A DNA stretch of 64,000 nucleotides from Hormiphora californensis (lineage: Eukaryota > Animalia > Ctenophora): positions 1,488,001-1,552,000 of the forward strand of contig CM035358.1 in the NCBI GenBank assembly GCA_020137815.1, read 5' to 3'. Below the pieces are notes generated by a model, which had not been told where the DNA came from, ran no database searches, and was given only the letters and a program-made list of their open reading frames with translations. Below, piece by piece: positions 12,740-25,500 of this stretch; the first letter of the stretch is position 1, and every line of letters begins with the position of its first letter. Both the position numbers and the translations under genes were made by a program.

Positions 12740-15400
12740 GCATATGGGATAAATTGAACATTGGAACGATTTGTTAAACCGGTTCTCTTGTGCTCCGACC
12801 CCCCACCACGACTAATGGAAGCAACATGGAGAGATATTCGTGGAGGGGAAGTGAACTCGAAGATAGAAGGAAAAGAACGTGAGAGAAGGAGAGAGAGAGT
12901 GAGAGTGAGAGGGGAAAGGTTATTTGCTGGCCACCAAAATCGAGGTCACACGACGTGTCTCACATAATAATGAACTACGTAGGGAACATGACTAACTCAG
13001 TTGCAGCATTTCGATTAACATGGCTCCCTCAAGTTTATGAAGCATAAGAAGAGCAAATATTTTCATTATAGCAATCATAATTTAACCGGTTTGGCGAGTT
13101 AGTTAGTTACAGAAGATAATGATGTGTCTAGACACAGATCCCTTTACAAAATTGATCAGCATATGCAGGTCACGGTAACTCGTGTGAATGATTGGTACTG
13201 GTAGAAAATCGCTGAACTATGCTTGTAATTATGTATTGTCGAACGAACAAGATTTCCAGCAAATTCATCAATTTCTGTACCAGTACCACTACCACGATAT
13301 ATCAATAATACTGTTCTATGCTAAATATGCATGTTCAGTTGCTGAGAAAAAGAAAATTAAGTCAGCTAGAATATGAGATACAGAGCATGCAGTTGTCCCC
13401 GCTTGAAATTGTGGTGCAGCGGCACAGCCCGGTCGAGAGAGAATCACAACAACACATATAACGAATCTCATAGAAACTGTAACTCTCCAGGCCACAAAGC
13501 AAGATAGTCCGTTTTAAAAATATCAAAAAAACACGAAGAGGTCAATGGGAAACAGGGAAAGAGAAAGACGGATAGAAAGATGGATCAATAAAAAACCGAG
13601 AGAACGATGCATTGATGCATGCGACAAGAATACGAGTGAGAGAGAGGGAAACAGAGAGATGTTTGAGACAGAAACAGAGAAAGAAAGAGAGAGAAACGGA
13701 GTGATAGAGAGACAGAGACAGAGAGAGAGAGACAGAGAGAATTCACAGCTGAGAGTAAACGCAAAGTAAACTTGGACTATATCACTGGAATCTGTCTCTG
13801 AAAGCTTGTGTCCGTGAGAACTGCAGTGCATCGTGAGGAGTACCATACTATGATTATAAAATACATGCAGATGACACATATGCCACTAAAACATCTCTCA
13901 GCACATGTGTGAGATAATATGTGTGCCAAAGGAGAGGATGGGGACTGTGCAGGACATTTACAGGATGGAGTAACAAACCTAAATCCGGCTCCAGTGTCAT
14001 AGAGCTGCTAAGTTGCTGCAGCAGGGGATAGAGTGTCAGTGTGTGTTGATAAAGGGCTCAGCTCCCACCAATATTCATCCGGCCAAGTAAGCGGAATCAG
14101 TTGCCATGGTAACCATGATCTGAACCATATACTTTAGAGTATGGATTGCCGTTTCTTCAACTTCCCATATAATATTGTTGTTCCGGGAAGCCAGCCAAGG
14201 AAATAACATGCCGGGGGAGACGAACAATGGAGCAAGGACAGGACATGCATTTGCCCGGGATGACACCTTGAAACCTGGAGGTGCGTTGCAGTTGTATAAA
14301 GCAGTATTTGGACGTCATGAATACTTCCAAGGACGCCTTTCCATAGCCTATTATACTTGGCAAAGCAAATAGGCATCCGTGTAAATGCATTTGGTATTCA
14401 CTTGGCATGAGAAACAGAATGCTTCTCAGTTTCCAGTTTTCACTCCTAAGATGAAATCCCGTTTTTGAAAAGTTTAGAGTACCTACCTAGGTTGTTGACC
14501 TACCTAGTAGGTTGTTGATGTTTAAAACTTGGTGGCCTGGCCTCATTCAACAACAAAAACCGGCCCATGTTGTCTTGCAGTTCTTGATCCGTCAGGTTCG
14601 CTCACCCCGCTCAGGGTTTAGAGCATAATAACAAAGTTCTAGAAATTGTACGACGTGACCTTGCTTTTCATGAATCCTTATATCGTGATGAGATAGGTCA
14701 CGGACTTTCTTGAACCCATATTATCGTATTGTAACGAGAGTTAAATAGCTGGAGGCAAGATGAACCCTTGTATGTGTTTTGGTATAAGCTCTCATTAATT
14801 TAGTATTTTACTGTGATTTTACTGTCATCTCGAGTAGCTTGTTCTCGAACCAAATCAAAACAGGCAGATTGCCAGGGGGAAGAAGAAGTTAGAGCTTGGT
14901 GTTATCACATTACAATTCTCTCACTTGCGAGCGCCTGGTTAAATATTTTAAAACTAAGTTTTTGATTCTCGATTTATTTATTCTCTCACTCTCACTCTCT
15001 GTCTCTCACTCACTCTGTCTCTATCTCTCTATCTCTTCCTTTAGTAAGGTCATGCCTGAGGAAGTGAAGGCTTTACTTCCTCAGGCATGACCAGCAGCTC
15101 AAAAAATGAGACCACTCTTTGGCAACGCTTGTAAAATTTCGTGCTACCAGTGTCCATTATCATTTGAAAGTTATAATCTATTTTCCCCAATGGGCATCCC
15201 CCCATAAAGTGTTTTCAAAGAACCCAAACCTTGTTTTCGTATCATGTACCGAGGGTCACCTCTCTTGTACATGTGTTCATTGTACCGGTCCAGCCGTTGC
15301 AGGGACTCGTTCTGGAGTCTTGTCCTTTTCAACTCGGTCCAGCACGTGCAACCTTACCAGGCCGTCCTCATCAGGGAAAAACGTGGATACTACATCTATC
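10950..15400 (-). CDS. Probable multi-exon gene of unknown function (poorly resolved, indel-rich)
   Basis: Terminal exon 10950-11308 after ttttcag (PTTPVGGSGPRSVPRVTFSAFGLPTHSRSPLSPKISPF...KVA*). Splice-bounded segments at about 11735-11818 (VHYYLRSLFEDAKKIRR), 11870-12074 (GLVEELGTNGEVIMGFLEPKY), 12212-12349 and 15230-15399 (IDVVSTFFPDEDGLVRLHVLDRVEKDK...QRLDRYNEHMYKRGDPRYMIRKQ). Frames join only with indels; no family recognised. Confidence 0.4.
12627..12736. repeat. (GA)n microsatellite
   Basis: Direct reading. Confidence 0.95.
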
Positions 15401-17489
15401 TGCCTGTATCATGGGGGAGGGGGTTTGAGTTGATAGCTACCACATCTATCTGCCTGTATCATGGGGGGAGGGGGGTCATATACGGAATAATATCCGTCTT
15501 TTTTGTTTAGACTGTCTCGCGGTAGGCCCGGTGGCCCCAGTTATTCCTGCCTCCGGGTTGAGTTTAATCACACTACAGACTGTATCGTGCGGAGTGTCAT
15601 TTGGTAGTTGTTTAATTTCCGAGGGCACATCTTGGCTCAGCAGAGCGAAGCGAGATCCAATTGTCGCCTAGCTAAAAATATGGAATGGTAAGGTTTGTTT
15701 TCTACAATAACTTACACGTTGGCAGGTTCCATGGGGAAAGGATTAAACCGGTTCTTTCCCCGTATCGTCCACCGAACAGTTACTGATTCTTTATCTTTTT
15801 CGAGGTACAACACGTCCTAGGCAGAGATGGATGAGCATAAGAGAAATGGGGGTGGGGATTCGGTTTTCTTTTCGGGATGATTACCATGAGAGAAATGGGG
15901 GGGGGGGGATACGGTTAGCAACATAAAGAGAAAAGAATATTCGTTTTTTTCTTTTGCCTGTAACGATCGCAGTGCTTATGATTTACAGTGGCCCAGTGCT
16001 ATAGTTCAAATTGAGTTTGGTAGAACCTAAACTGGTAGCTGAGGTATCATATATCGATCAAGTCGAACGCGAATATTGAGAAAACCAGAAGTTCCAGAAC
16101 GTACCATTTTAAACAATCCAGAATAAACACACATGTGACATTATATTGGCCGGATGACGGGCTACCAAAACATATTTTATGTTTTTTATCTGGTCGAGTA
16201 TGTAACCTAATATCCAGTTTTAAACTGGGAATTGCTTTGTTTAAAACCTCTCAGTTTTAAAAGGACCAGTGCTTGGTCGAGAACTGTTTCGATAAACAAA
16301 GTGATGATTGGATGGCCATTGGCCACGTGTATTTAATACTATAACAATTCAAGACCAGCTGGTAATTTGAATTGTTCACACTTTGCACAGTGTCAGGCGA
16401 CTCAACCGGTAAAGAAGTCACTAAAATTCCGGTAAACCTTCCAACCTCTACCCCTATACTATGAGTGAACTGTCTCTTGATTCTCTACCCAGCAGTTATG
16501 CCCTTGGTGGAAAATATCTGAGATTCGCCATATTTCATACCAGCCGGGGTTTCTGCTGGGTAGAGACATCTCGTACTCGACCAACCAAGTCCTCTCCATC
16601 GTGTATTAATTCTAGTTTACTAGTCGTCCATCCCTGCACTTACCGTAAATAACTTCTCATTCGTAATTAGTAGGGAGGTCTTTAGGGCAGTCAATCCCAG
16701 TCTGTAGCTCTGAACACCACTGAAAACACACGTACATTAATTAATTTAGTAGAAAAGGAGACCAATTAATTTGGTGGCAGTATTTACAAAAACCGAAAAA
16801 CTCATCAAGTTTTTTAAACTCTGTTCGTGATCTGAGAAAACTAGTAGAGATCATTGTTTTTGGTAACTTAGGAACGGCCCTCTTACGAGGAGCATTGTTA
16901 CCGGGGTGTCATGACAACCACTAGTGACTCTCTCCTCTGACTCTCTCCCCCAGCTCCTTTGCGGGGGTAGTAGCTACTGTTCTCTCTCTCTTATTACATG
17001 TGATCGAGATCTAACGTCATCACTATGTTTGTAGTGGCAACCTTCTCACTGATACAATACACAGTATAAAGAGCTGCATGCTTGTGACATATCTCGCACT
17101 ACAAAGACGATTTTATATAATTGTGGCTTGTGCCAGAATGCCAGATCACCAGTGCCAATTGTGAGCCAAAATTCTTTGATATCCGTAAGACTCTTACTTA
17201 GAGAAGTAGTAATTCCAAAAGTTGGATGTGCTTTTGAGTTTGAGTAATGTTGAATAATTTTGAGTAGTTTCGAGTTGTTTTTGTCCGGTATACGCGTTAC
17301 CTTGTTATCAAAAACCAACATAAATACCCAGATCCATCGCCCAGTTACATAGAACTAGATCGCGAGTCCTTAGATTTGATTACTCCACACTATATTTCAG
17401 CTATCAAAACAGGTTTTTTTTGTTTCTCGCCGTGGCATGGTAGCTAGATTTGTCCAGGAAGAAGATTCTCTAGTTACAACAACCCGTCA

Positions 17490-17505
17490 TGAGAGAGAGA
17501 GAGAG

Positions 17506-17593
<88 letters not shown>

Positions 17594-17621
17594 AGAGAGA
17601 GAGAGACGAGAGATAGAGAGA

Positions 17622-17663
<42 letters not shown>

Positions 17664-17697
17664 AGAGAGAGAGAGAGGTGAGAGAGAGAGAGAGAGT
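17490..17697. repeat. (GA)n microsatellite
   Basis: Direct reading. Confidence 0.95.
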
Positions 17698-18403
17698 TTA
17701 AACCGGCAGCCTGTTTATCAACATATAATGTGTGGGTTTTTAATTTTAACAGATAGCAACATATGCTGGATCATTCCCCGGTAGACGCGTGTTTTAATTA
17801 CCGGGAATTATTTTAGTCACCCCACTATAGAGGCTACAACAAAACGATGTGCTGTCGCCCCGTACCATTGTTGCCATAGGATGATGCAGTAGCTAGTCCA
17901 TAACTCCAATAATTTTGTGCTGTTTATACAGCCTGAATCTCTCAACCAGATCTCATCCAGATCATAAAGTAGCTGTTCCAGATAAAATATGTAGCAGGGC
18001 CCCCCTTGAATTCGCTGTACAGCGTGAAAACTAACAGCTTGCACTTGCAGCTTGTGTTTCTAGAATGTGGCAGTTATTTGAGAGCGAGATCAGCACCACA
18101 CAACCATTTGATTTATTCTTCTGATTTGCGTACACTTTTGATGATTCGAGTATCGATTGAAAACTGGCCAAAAGACAAGTTAATAGATCTATGATCTTTC
18201 CTGCAGTAGACCCCCATTGATCACCATAGCAACCAATAGAACGGGGTGTCTGCAGTAGTCCATGATGATAAGGTAACAGTGAACATCCCGCTGGAAATAT
18301 ATATGACCTTGTTAACTAGTGCTGTCAAGGGAGCGGGGAGAGGACATAAATTGTTGAACTAAAAATAGGTGTGAGCTGTCAGTTAAGTAATACCTCAGAC
18401 ACA

Positions 18404-18541
<138 letters not shown>

Positions 18542-19723
18542 AATTTTCGCTCACTATCCCTCTATCTCTCCTTCGTTCTCTTACACACTAACGCAATGTC
18601 TTCCGCTTTGACTCAGTACTAGCTCCTTTTGGCCTTTGACATTTATACTTTCTCTCTCCCCCTTTCACTCCCCCTGTCTCTCTTGCTCAAGACCCGGCCT
18701 GTTCATACCTTAATATTTCTCCCCTGCGGCTTTCATATAATATTTTGTGTGTAACTACTTATATATTCACATTCGTGTCTTCTAGATATTCCAAACGCTT
18801 CTAATTTTTGGACCCGCGGCAGGTAAAACAAATAGGGAGGTTTTTATACGAACATTTATCCGCCCTGCTTAGCATATATAATATAATATTCGGAATACTA
18901 GTCTTGCCGTATGACACTTTGAAGCCTGCAATGTTTTTACTTGCAGGTTCTTGCAACTTGTTAAACTTTGTGTTTACTGCCGCGGGAAAATAGAAATAAT
19001 AGTCTGTGCAAGCTGCATGCATTCCTGTATATTCTACATGCGTCTCATTCTTCTCGCAGACTGAACCATGAAAGTCTAGGGATCGCGAGACGGACGTGTG
19101 CCTGGTATCGTGCTCATAGTTCACATTGGTGTTATAATTCTAAAGAAGAATTTGTGTCCACTTTCCAAGGAAGAAAGTGTGTTATGTCCACTTTTTCTCT
19201 TGAAAAGCGAGCTCAATGCCAGGTTTGGGGTGAGGAGGAAAACATATCCTTTGCCAATCATGATGCATTGCTTTTCTGCTGCCCAGGTTGAATGTTCTCT
19301 GCCTCATTTTGTTACACAGTCAACTTGACGGCGTAACAAATGCTAATATACAGCATGGGACACAAATCATGTTGTGTGTCAAGTGATAAACAACATGATA
19401 TATATCAAATATTATCTGGCATCGACCCAATCTGAGTACACTGTCGTCTATGAACGAGGGAAGCTTTCATTCGTTTTTTATTTTTGTGTCCATGCTTGAA
19501 TTTCCGAATTTGGTTTCATCTAAAGCTTTTATATCGCTATTTATAGAACACAAAGACAGTCGGGTAGTATCATAATGATAGATTATAATAGTCTAGATCG
19601 TGATGAATTATATTCACCTCCAGATTTGCTCATATTTGGAAGTATAAATCATGTAAATGCTGCTCTACTCGTGCATACAATGAACTCAATCCAAGGCTAG
19701 AGCCGGCTCCTCTCTTATTCTCT

Positions 19724-20055
<332 letters not shown>

Positions 20056-20199
20056 TCTCACTCCCGTCTCGATCAAAGCAGCAGATCATTGAATTTCTCT
20101 CTCCCCCTTCGCGGGCCACTCTCTAACTATAAAATAAATAGCTCACCCACGAACGTCAAACCACAATCTGCATTATAAACCGGTTATATTTCATCTCTC

Positions 20200-20234
<35 letters not shown>

Positions 20235-22009
20235 ATCTCTATCTCTCTATCTCCAATTCTCATTAAATAATCTTCGTGACTAAACTTAGTCTGATTGCCG
20301 AACTTCCCTAGTTACATCTACAGTTATTTTATTCCACCCGTTTTTGAGGGAGAGACCGACGAGAGGAGAGGAGAGAGAGAGGATAGAGAGAGGGACGGGA
20401 GGGAAGAGAGAGAGAGAGCGTTGTTGAGAGAGAGAGAGAGAGAGAGACAGTGCAGAGAGAGACAGTGAAGAGAGACAGTGCAGAGAGACAATACAGAGAC
20501 TAGAGAGACATCTTACTTAGAGACAGCACAGATAGATATTTACAAAAATACTGTACTGCAGTGAGACAGTATAACAGAGGGAGAGAGAGAATGAGGGAGA
20601 GAAAGTATAAATTGAATGTGCGAATTGGAATGTATGCAGCTGCAGTAGCCTGGCTCACGTACAGCTGAGTTTCTATCTGATTGCCTTGAGAGTTTGATTT
20701 GCTGTAGTAGCTATCTTTTGAAACTCGCTCTATCCATTGAAATGGCCTAAATTGTAAGACTTTTTTCTCGTAGGATAGGAATTAGGAAGAGAGGAAAGAT
20801 TCGAGAGAAGAAGAGAATGGAAGAGTTGAATGAAAACTTTGCAACTGCATGGTTATTATATCATTAATAATACGTAGTTAAAAATAAATATCTCTCCCTC
20901 TCTCTCTCTCTGCCTCTCTCTCTCTCTTGCACTCACTCACCCCCTCCCTCCATCTCCCCGGTCGAGCAGCCGCATAATTGGAGTATTAGCTTGTGCAGAT
21001 ATAATACTGCACCGCCACGCTAACTTGCGTTCTCTGCTTCGCTAACTTTTCTAACTACCCCCGGCCTGTCTAATAGAACATCAATTGACCAGCACTAAGC
21101 TGCTCTTTCTCGTTACTTCACTACTTATTAGCAAGCCGCAAATCAAAGTTCTGCTTTTCTTTTTTTCTTGTGCTTTGTGAAAGATAGCAGTACGGTTTAG
21201 TTTTCAATTTTCAATTTATTTCAGCCCCAGACAGTTCTCGTTGCTAAATGGAGCATTTAGTATTTACCCTTATTTGGCGGTAAAAGCTTTCCTTGCTTTG
21301 TTCAAAATTCAGTTATTAAAAATTTAGTATAATTATTTGCTTGATAAACTTGTTGACCCCCCCCCCCCCCATTTTACCGGAAGTTTTAGATCTGGTTGCA
21401 GCAGCACATATATCAAGTTGCACCCGCACAATGGAATGCGGTGCACTGTAACAGATTGGATATCTCGTGAGAAGCAGAGCTACCACTGTAGCTCCACTTT
21501 TTAATCTCTAGAATTACTACCATAAATGTGATTGTGTGCATTATCATGAAACGAAAATGGTATAATTCGGAGTTGAACTAGCGTGTCCTAGTTCAACATT
21601 AGTGGTGCTACCAGATGCTATTACTAGCAACAACCAATTGTACCCATGATAGGAGAAAGTCGTTAGTAGAATATTATAGATGATTGCTCGTGGTTGGATC
21701 GGTTTGTGGCTAAAGTGTCTCAGTGAGTGGAGGAGGGCGCTGGTGTCTGCGTGTGTATAATGAGTGCAGAGAAATAGAAGGTTATTACTGCCCAAAATAG
21801 CACTGATCTCTTGAGAGAGTGATGGAGAGGGAGAGATATGTGATTTGATAGAGAGAGAAATTCCGGAGAGAGAGAGATACTGTAAGTAGGAAGAGAGAGG
21901 GAGAGAGAGAGATGGAGTTAGTTGAGTTGCTCCTCACCGCTGCAGCACTCCGGGTGAGAGAGCGGCTTCTCCTCTCTCTCTCACTCCCAGCGAGAGAAGA
22001 GAATCACGC

Positions 22010-22400
22010 TGTGCTCACGTGATCTCCCTCCCGCAATTCTAACCGTCCCCAGTGCGCATCTGACACGCACGTGCAAGATCATGTGACCGCGCGCACTGCA
22101 CTGATTGGTCGGTTGCAGTGTGCAGCATCCAATGAGAGAGCCGTCCCTGTACACGAATAATGACGCTCAGTAATTAGAGAGAGAGAAAGAGAGAGAGTGA
22201 GTGTGTGTTGTTGCGGTGTACTCTCTCCTTGTGTGTGTGTCCCCTCTCTCTTCTTCGTTCGTTTCGTTTGAGTTACGTCAAAGACTGGACCCGGTGATGT
22301 CATATTAGGGGCGGAGCTACAAGCATTACAGTGAGAGGGAGCTATAGAGATCTTTAAAACTTCCGGTATGCCCCCCCTTCCCTCTATGATATAAGTCCGA
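22010..22400 (+). promoter_or_regulatory. Candidate promoter of the PIM kinase
   Basis: E-boxes cacgtg (about 22016, 22068), CCAAT in both orientations (about 22104, 22129), CRE-like ttacgtca (about 22273), GC box ggggcggag (about 22308), CpG-enriched; lies 200-550 bp before the ATG. Confidence 0.5.
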
Positions 22401-22575
22401 TTTGTTGTCTTACATATCAGATCACGATTTGCTTTGGCCTCGCTCGTTAAATATATTGAAAAGTTGTTTTGTAAATTGTCATATTTCTAACACGACACCC
22501 CTCTCTCCCATTCTAGTTTGAACTCATTATTTCTACAGTATTTCTACTTCTCCCCCTTGTTTGATACCCACAACC

Positions 22576-25500
22576 ATGGCTCCAGAGACAACAACTGTCC
22601 TATCCTACGGGACTCAACACCACGAAACAACGACGACGGGAACCAAGGCTGCTCCCCCCGCTGCCAATGGGGAATTTCCCACGCTCTCCCGGCATCCCTA
22701 TACAATTGTGAAACAGATTGGAACGGGAGGATATGGCAAGGTAAGAGGAGGGATCTTTGTGATTGTTGTACATTTCAGTTCACTTCACCTGTTAGTTGTT
22801 ACCTCCCTAAACCATATCCCTCATTTCCACTATCTAATACTTTGTACAAATCGTTGCAGTGTCGGTTCTAAAAAATATGCAAATTCGGTTAAATTCATTG
22901 TTTCATTATTTGGGTAACAAGTTGGATTAATAACTACGTGTGTGGTAAAAAGAATGTTCGAGAATAACTGTTTGAGAATTGAGACAGCCTTGAGATTGCG
23001 AGAAGTGCCACTAGCGGTTCTTTATAAGAATTAAGAGTTCAATTTGAATCGACCTTTACCAGGAAGGGTGGCAGGATTTGGAAGGAGGGTCGAACAAGGC
23101 AAGGATTTGTAGGTTCTAGCAAAATCTTTTGAATCGGGGAAGTAATATCTAGTAAATTCTTCTTTCTGAAGTTGTAGGAGTCTTGTTCTATCTTCTTTCT
23201 TTCTGATCTTGGAGCTCATTCCCCAGCTCTTGGAGAGAGGGATGGTTGATTCTTTGTACGTGTACCCTTTTAATGAGATGGGCTCTAGGCACAGAGATAT
23301 TATATGGGGTGAGAGATTGGAAACATAGCTTGAGACGGGTGATGTGAGAGAGAGAGGGAGGGAGAGAGAGAGGGGGAGAGAGAGAGGGGGCAGCGAGTGT
23401 GTGTTACTCGGAAAGAGATACAGAGCGCCGGGGGAGTTATTATACACAAAGGGGATAGCTCTTTGATCGTGATTGGCCCTGAGGGGGCCAGCTGCAGTCG
23501 ACCGACCCACGTGCTTCCCTTATATGGGCATATGTCACGTGGCCCTCCGCTACTGACCCCCACGGTCTGAGTAGGGTATGAGACAGAGACTGGGAGATTG
23601 GAGAGAACGAGTGCACGATAGAGAGAAGGAGAGAGGAGAGAGAGATAAAGAGGGATTATATAAAGAGAGAGAGAGAGATACAGAGATAGAGAAAAGACAG
23701 GTCATCTAGAAAAGGGATAATGGCCTGCAATATACCACCAGGGAGAACACAATATGGACCCCTCTTTAGCTCTGGGACTTACACACACACAGCTTAGTAA
23801 TGAGAAGGATAAAGACGATGCATGCTTGGCAAGCAACGCGTGCTCCTTCATAAATATTTTTTTGAAAGTATGGAAAACGTCTCGTGTACACATTATACAC
23901 ATGTACGGTTTTAGTAAAGGGTTAGGGGGCAGGGGTTGTACATTCAACAGGAAATACAGCTGGTCACTACAGACTCGCTGAGAGAGTGAGAGAGAGAAAG
24001 GGGAGAAAGAAAGATAGGGAGGGAGAGAGAGAGAAAGAGAGAGAGAGAGGAAGAGAGGGGAGAACCTGGGAGCTAGTAAAGGTGTAATATGTGAGAGATG
24101 GTGATGAGAAAGGCTTACTTCCTGATTCTTTCTACACAGTTATAGTAGGTGTGCACCACACGTGACTGACTTCTCTCTCTCTCTCTCCCTCTCTCTCTCT
24201 CTTTCTTTCTCTCACTCTCTTTCTCTCTCTCACACCTTCTATACCTTCCTTTTCTTCTCTCTCCCGCCAATCAAACAGCCTGGGTTCTCGGTAAATTTTT
24301 ACCATGCCTTACAAATACACACGTCACCTTACAAAAATACCCCAGTTACTTGGAAATCCCAAAACCACCTGATACCATCAAAACCACCCGATACCATCAA
24401 AACTACCACCCGATACCACCAAAACCAACCGATACCATCAAAACCACCCGATACCATCACCACCAATTGTTCATACACAGTGTCAGGCGACTCGACTGAT
24501 ACCCTAAACCAAAACCCGACCCCCGGTACTATCTACAAATCTGTGATATACAAGCCTGTATATTATCAGGGTGGCACATTATAAGCCTTGACAGATGAGA
24601 GGTCCTCTGCTGATAAAATATATTCAACAGACGTCAAACACGGCCTGTCAGTTCAATTTGACGTCTTTCACCATAAGTTAGAATTGTGTCTCATCTCTCA
24701 GTTTAGGGGTCAATGTGTAGCTATAATAGCAGTAACTTACACAGCCAGTATTCTTGTCTCTCTCTCTCTCACACACACTCTCTCACACACACACACACAG
24801 TCTCTCTTCCTAGAAGCTGAACTGTCATCATCAGAAATCTCTTTCACCGTTGACAGAGCTGACATTGTGTTGAAGTTATTGAGGGTCCTCCTAAACACAC
24901 ACACACACACACACACACTCTGGACACCACCCTCATCAGGCTCACAACAAACAAATTGTTGTCAAACAGGCTCCTCCTATTATATCTCTCTTCTATCTCT
25001 CTCCCTTTCCCCCTTTTTCTATTTCTCACTCCCTTTATATCTCTCATTCTCTCTGTCTATCTCTCCCTCTCGTTCTTCCATCACGTTCTTCCACCCTGTA
25101 AGGCTTTCAATATATCTCTCTCTGTACAGTCACAACAAAGGGTATCAACTTGGTTTGATCACGGCTCCAGTCCGCTGTATCTCTCTCTCCCTTTCACTCC
25201 CTCTCTCTCTATCTCTCTCTCTCTCTCACTCACTCTCACTCTCTCCCTATCTCCCTCTCTCTCCCCCTATCACAGTGTGCACACAATGGACCGTGTGTGT
25301 GTAGCAAACGTTGCAGCTGGTGTAACTTGATAGGGGTGGGGTTTCAGTCCTGCCTGTGTGGGGGGAATTTAAATTTAGTGTGAGTAGGGATACGTGGCCA
25401 TGGGTAAACATGAATTGGGAGAATTGGAAGAGTTTTAGGTCCTGCGGTGGGTAAAGAGGTTACAAAAAGGAAGAATGATGAGGGTACCATTACTGGCATG

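Noticed and set aside
14075-14408. Overlapping 60-80 aa ORFs on both strands
   Set aside because: No recognisable motif or consistent splice boundaries; could be an exon but is unsupported.
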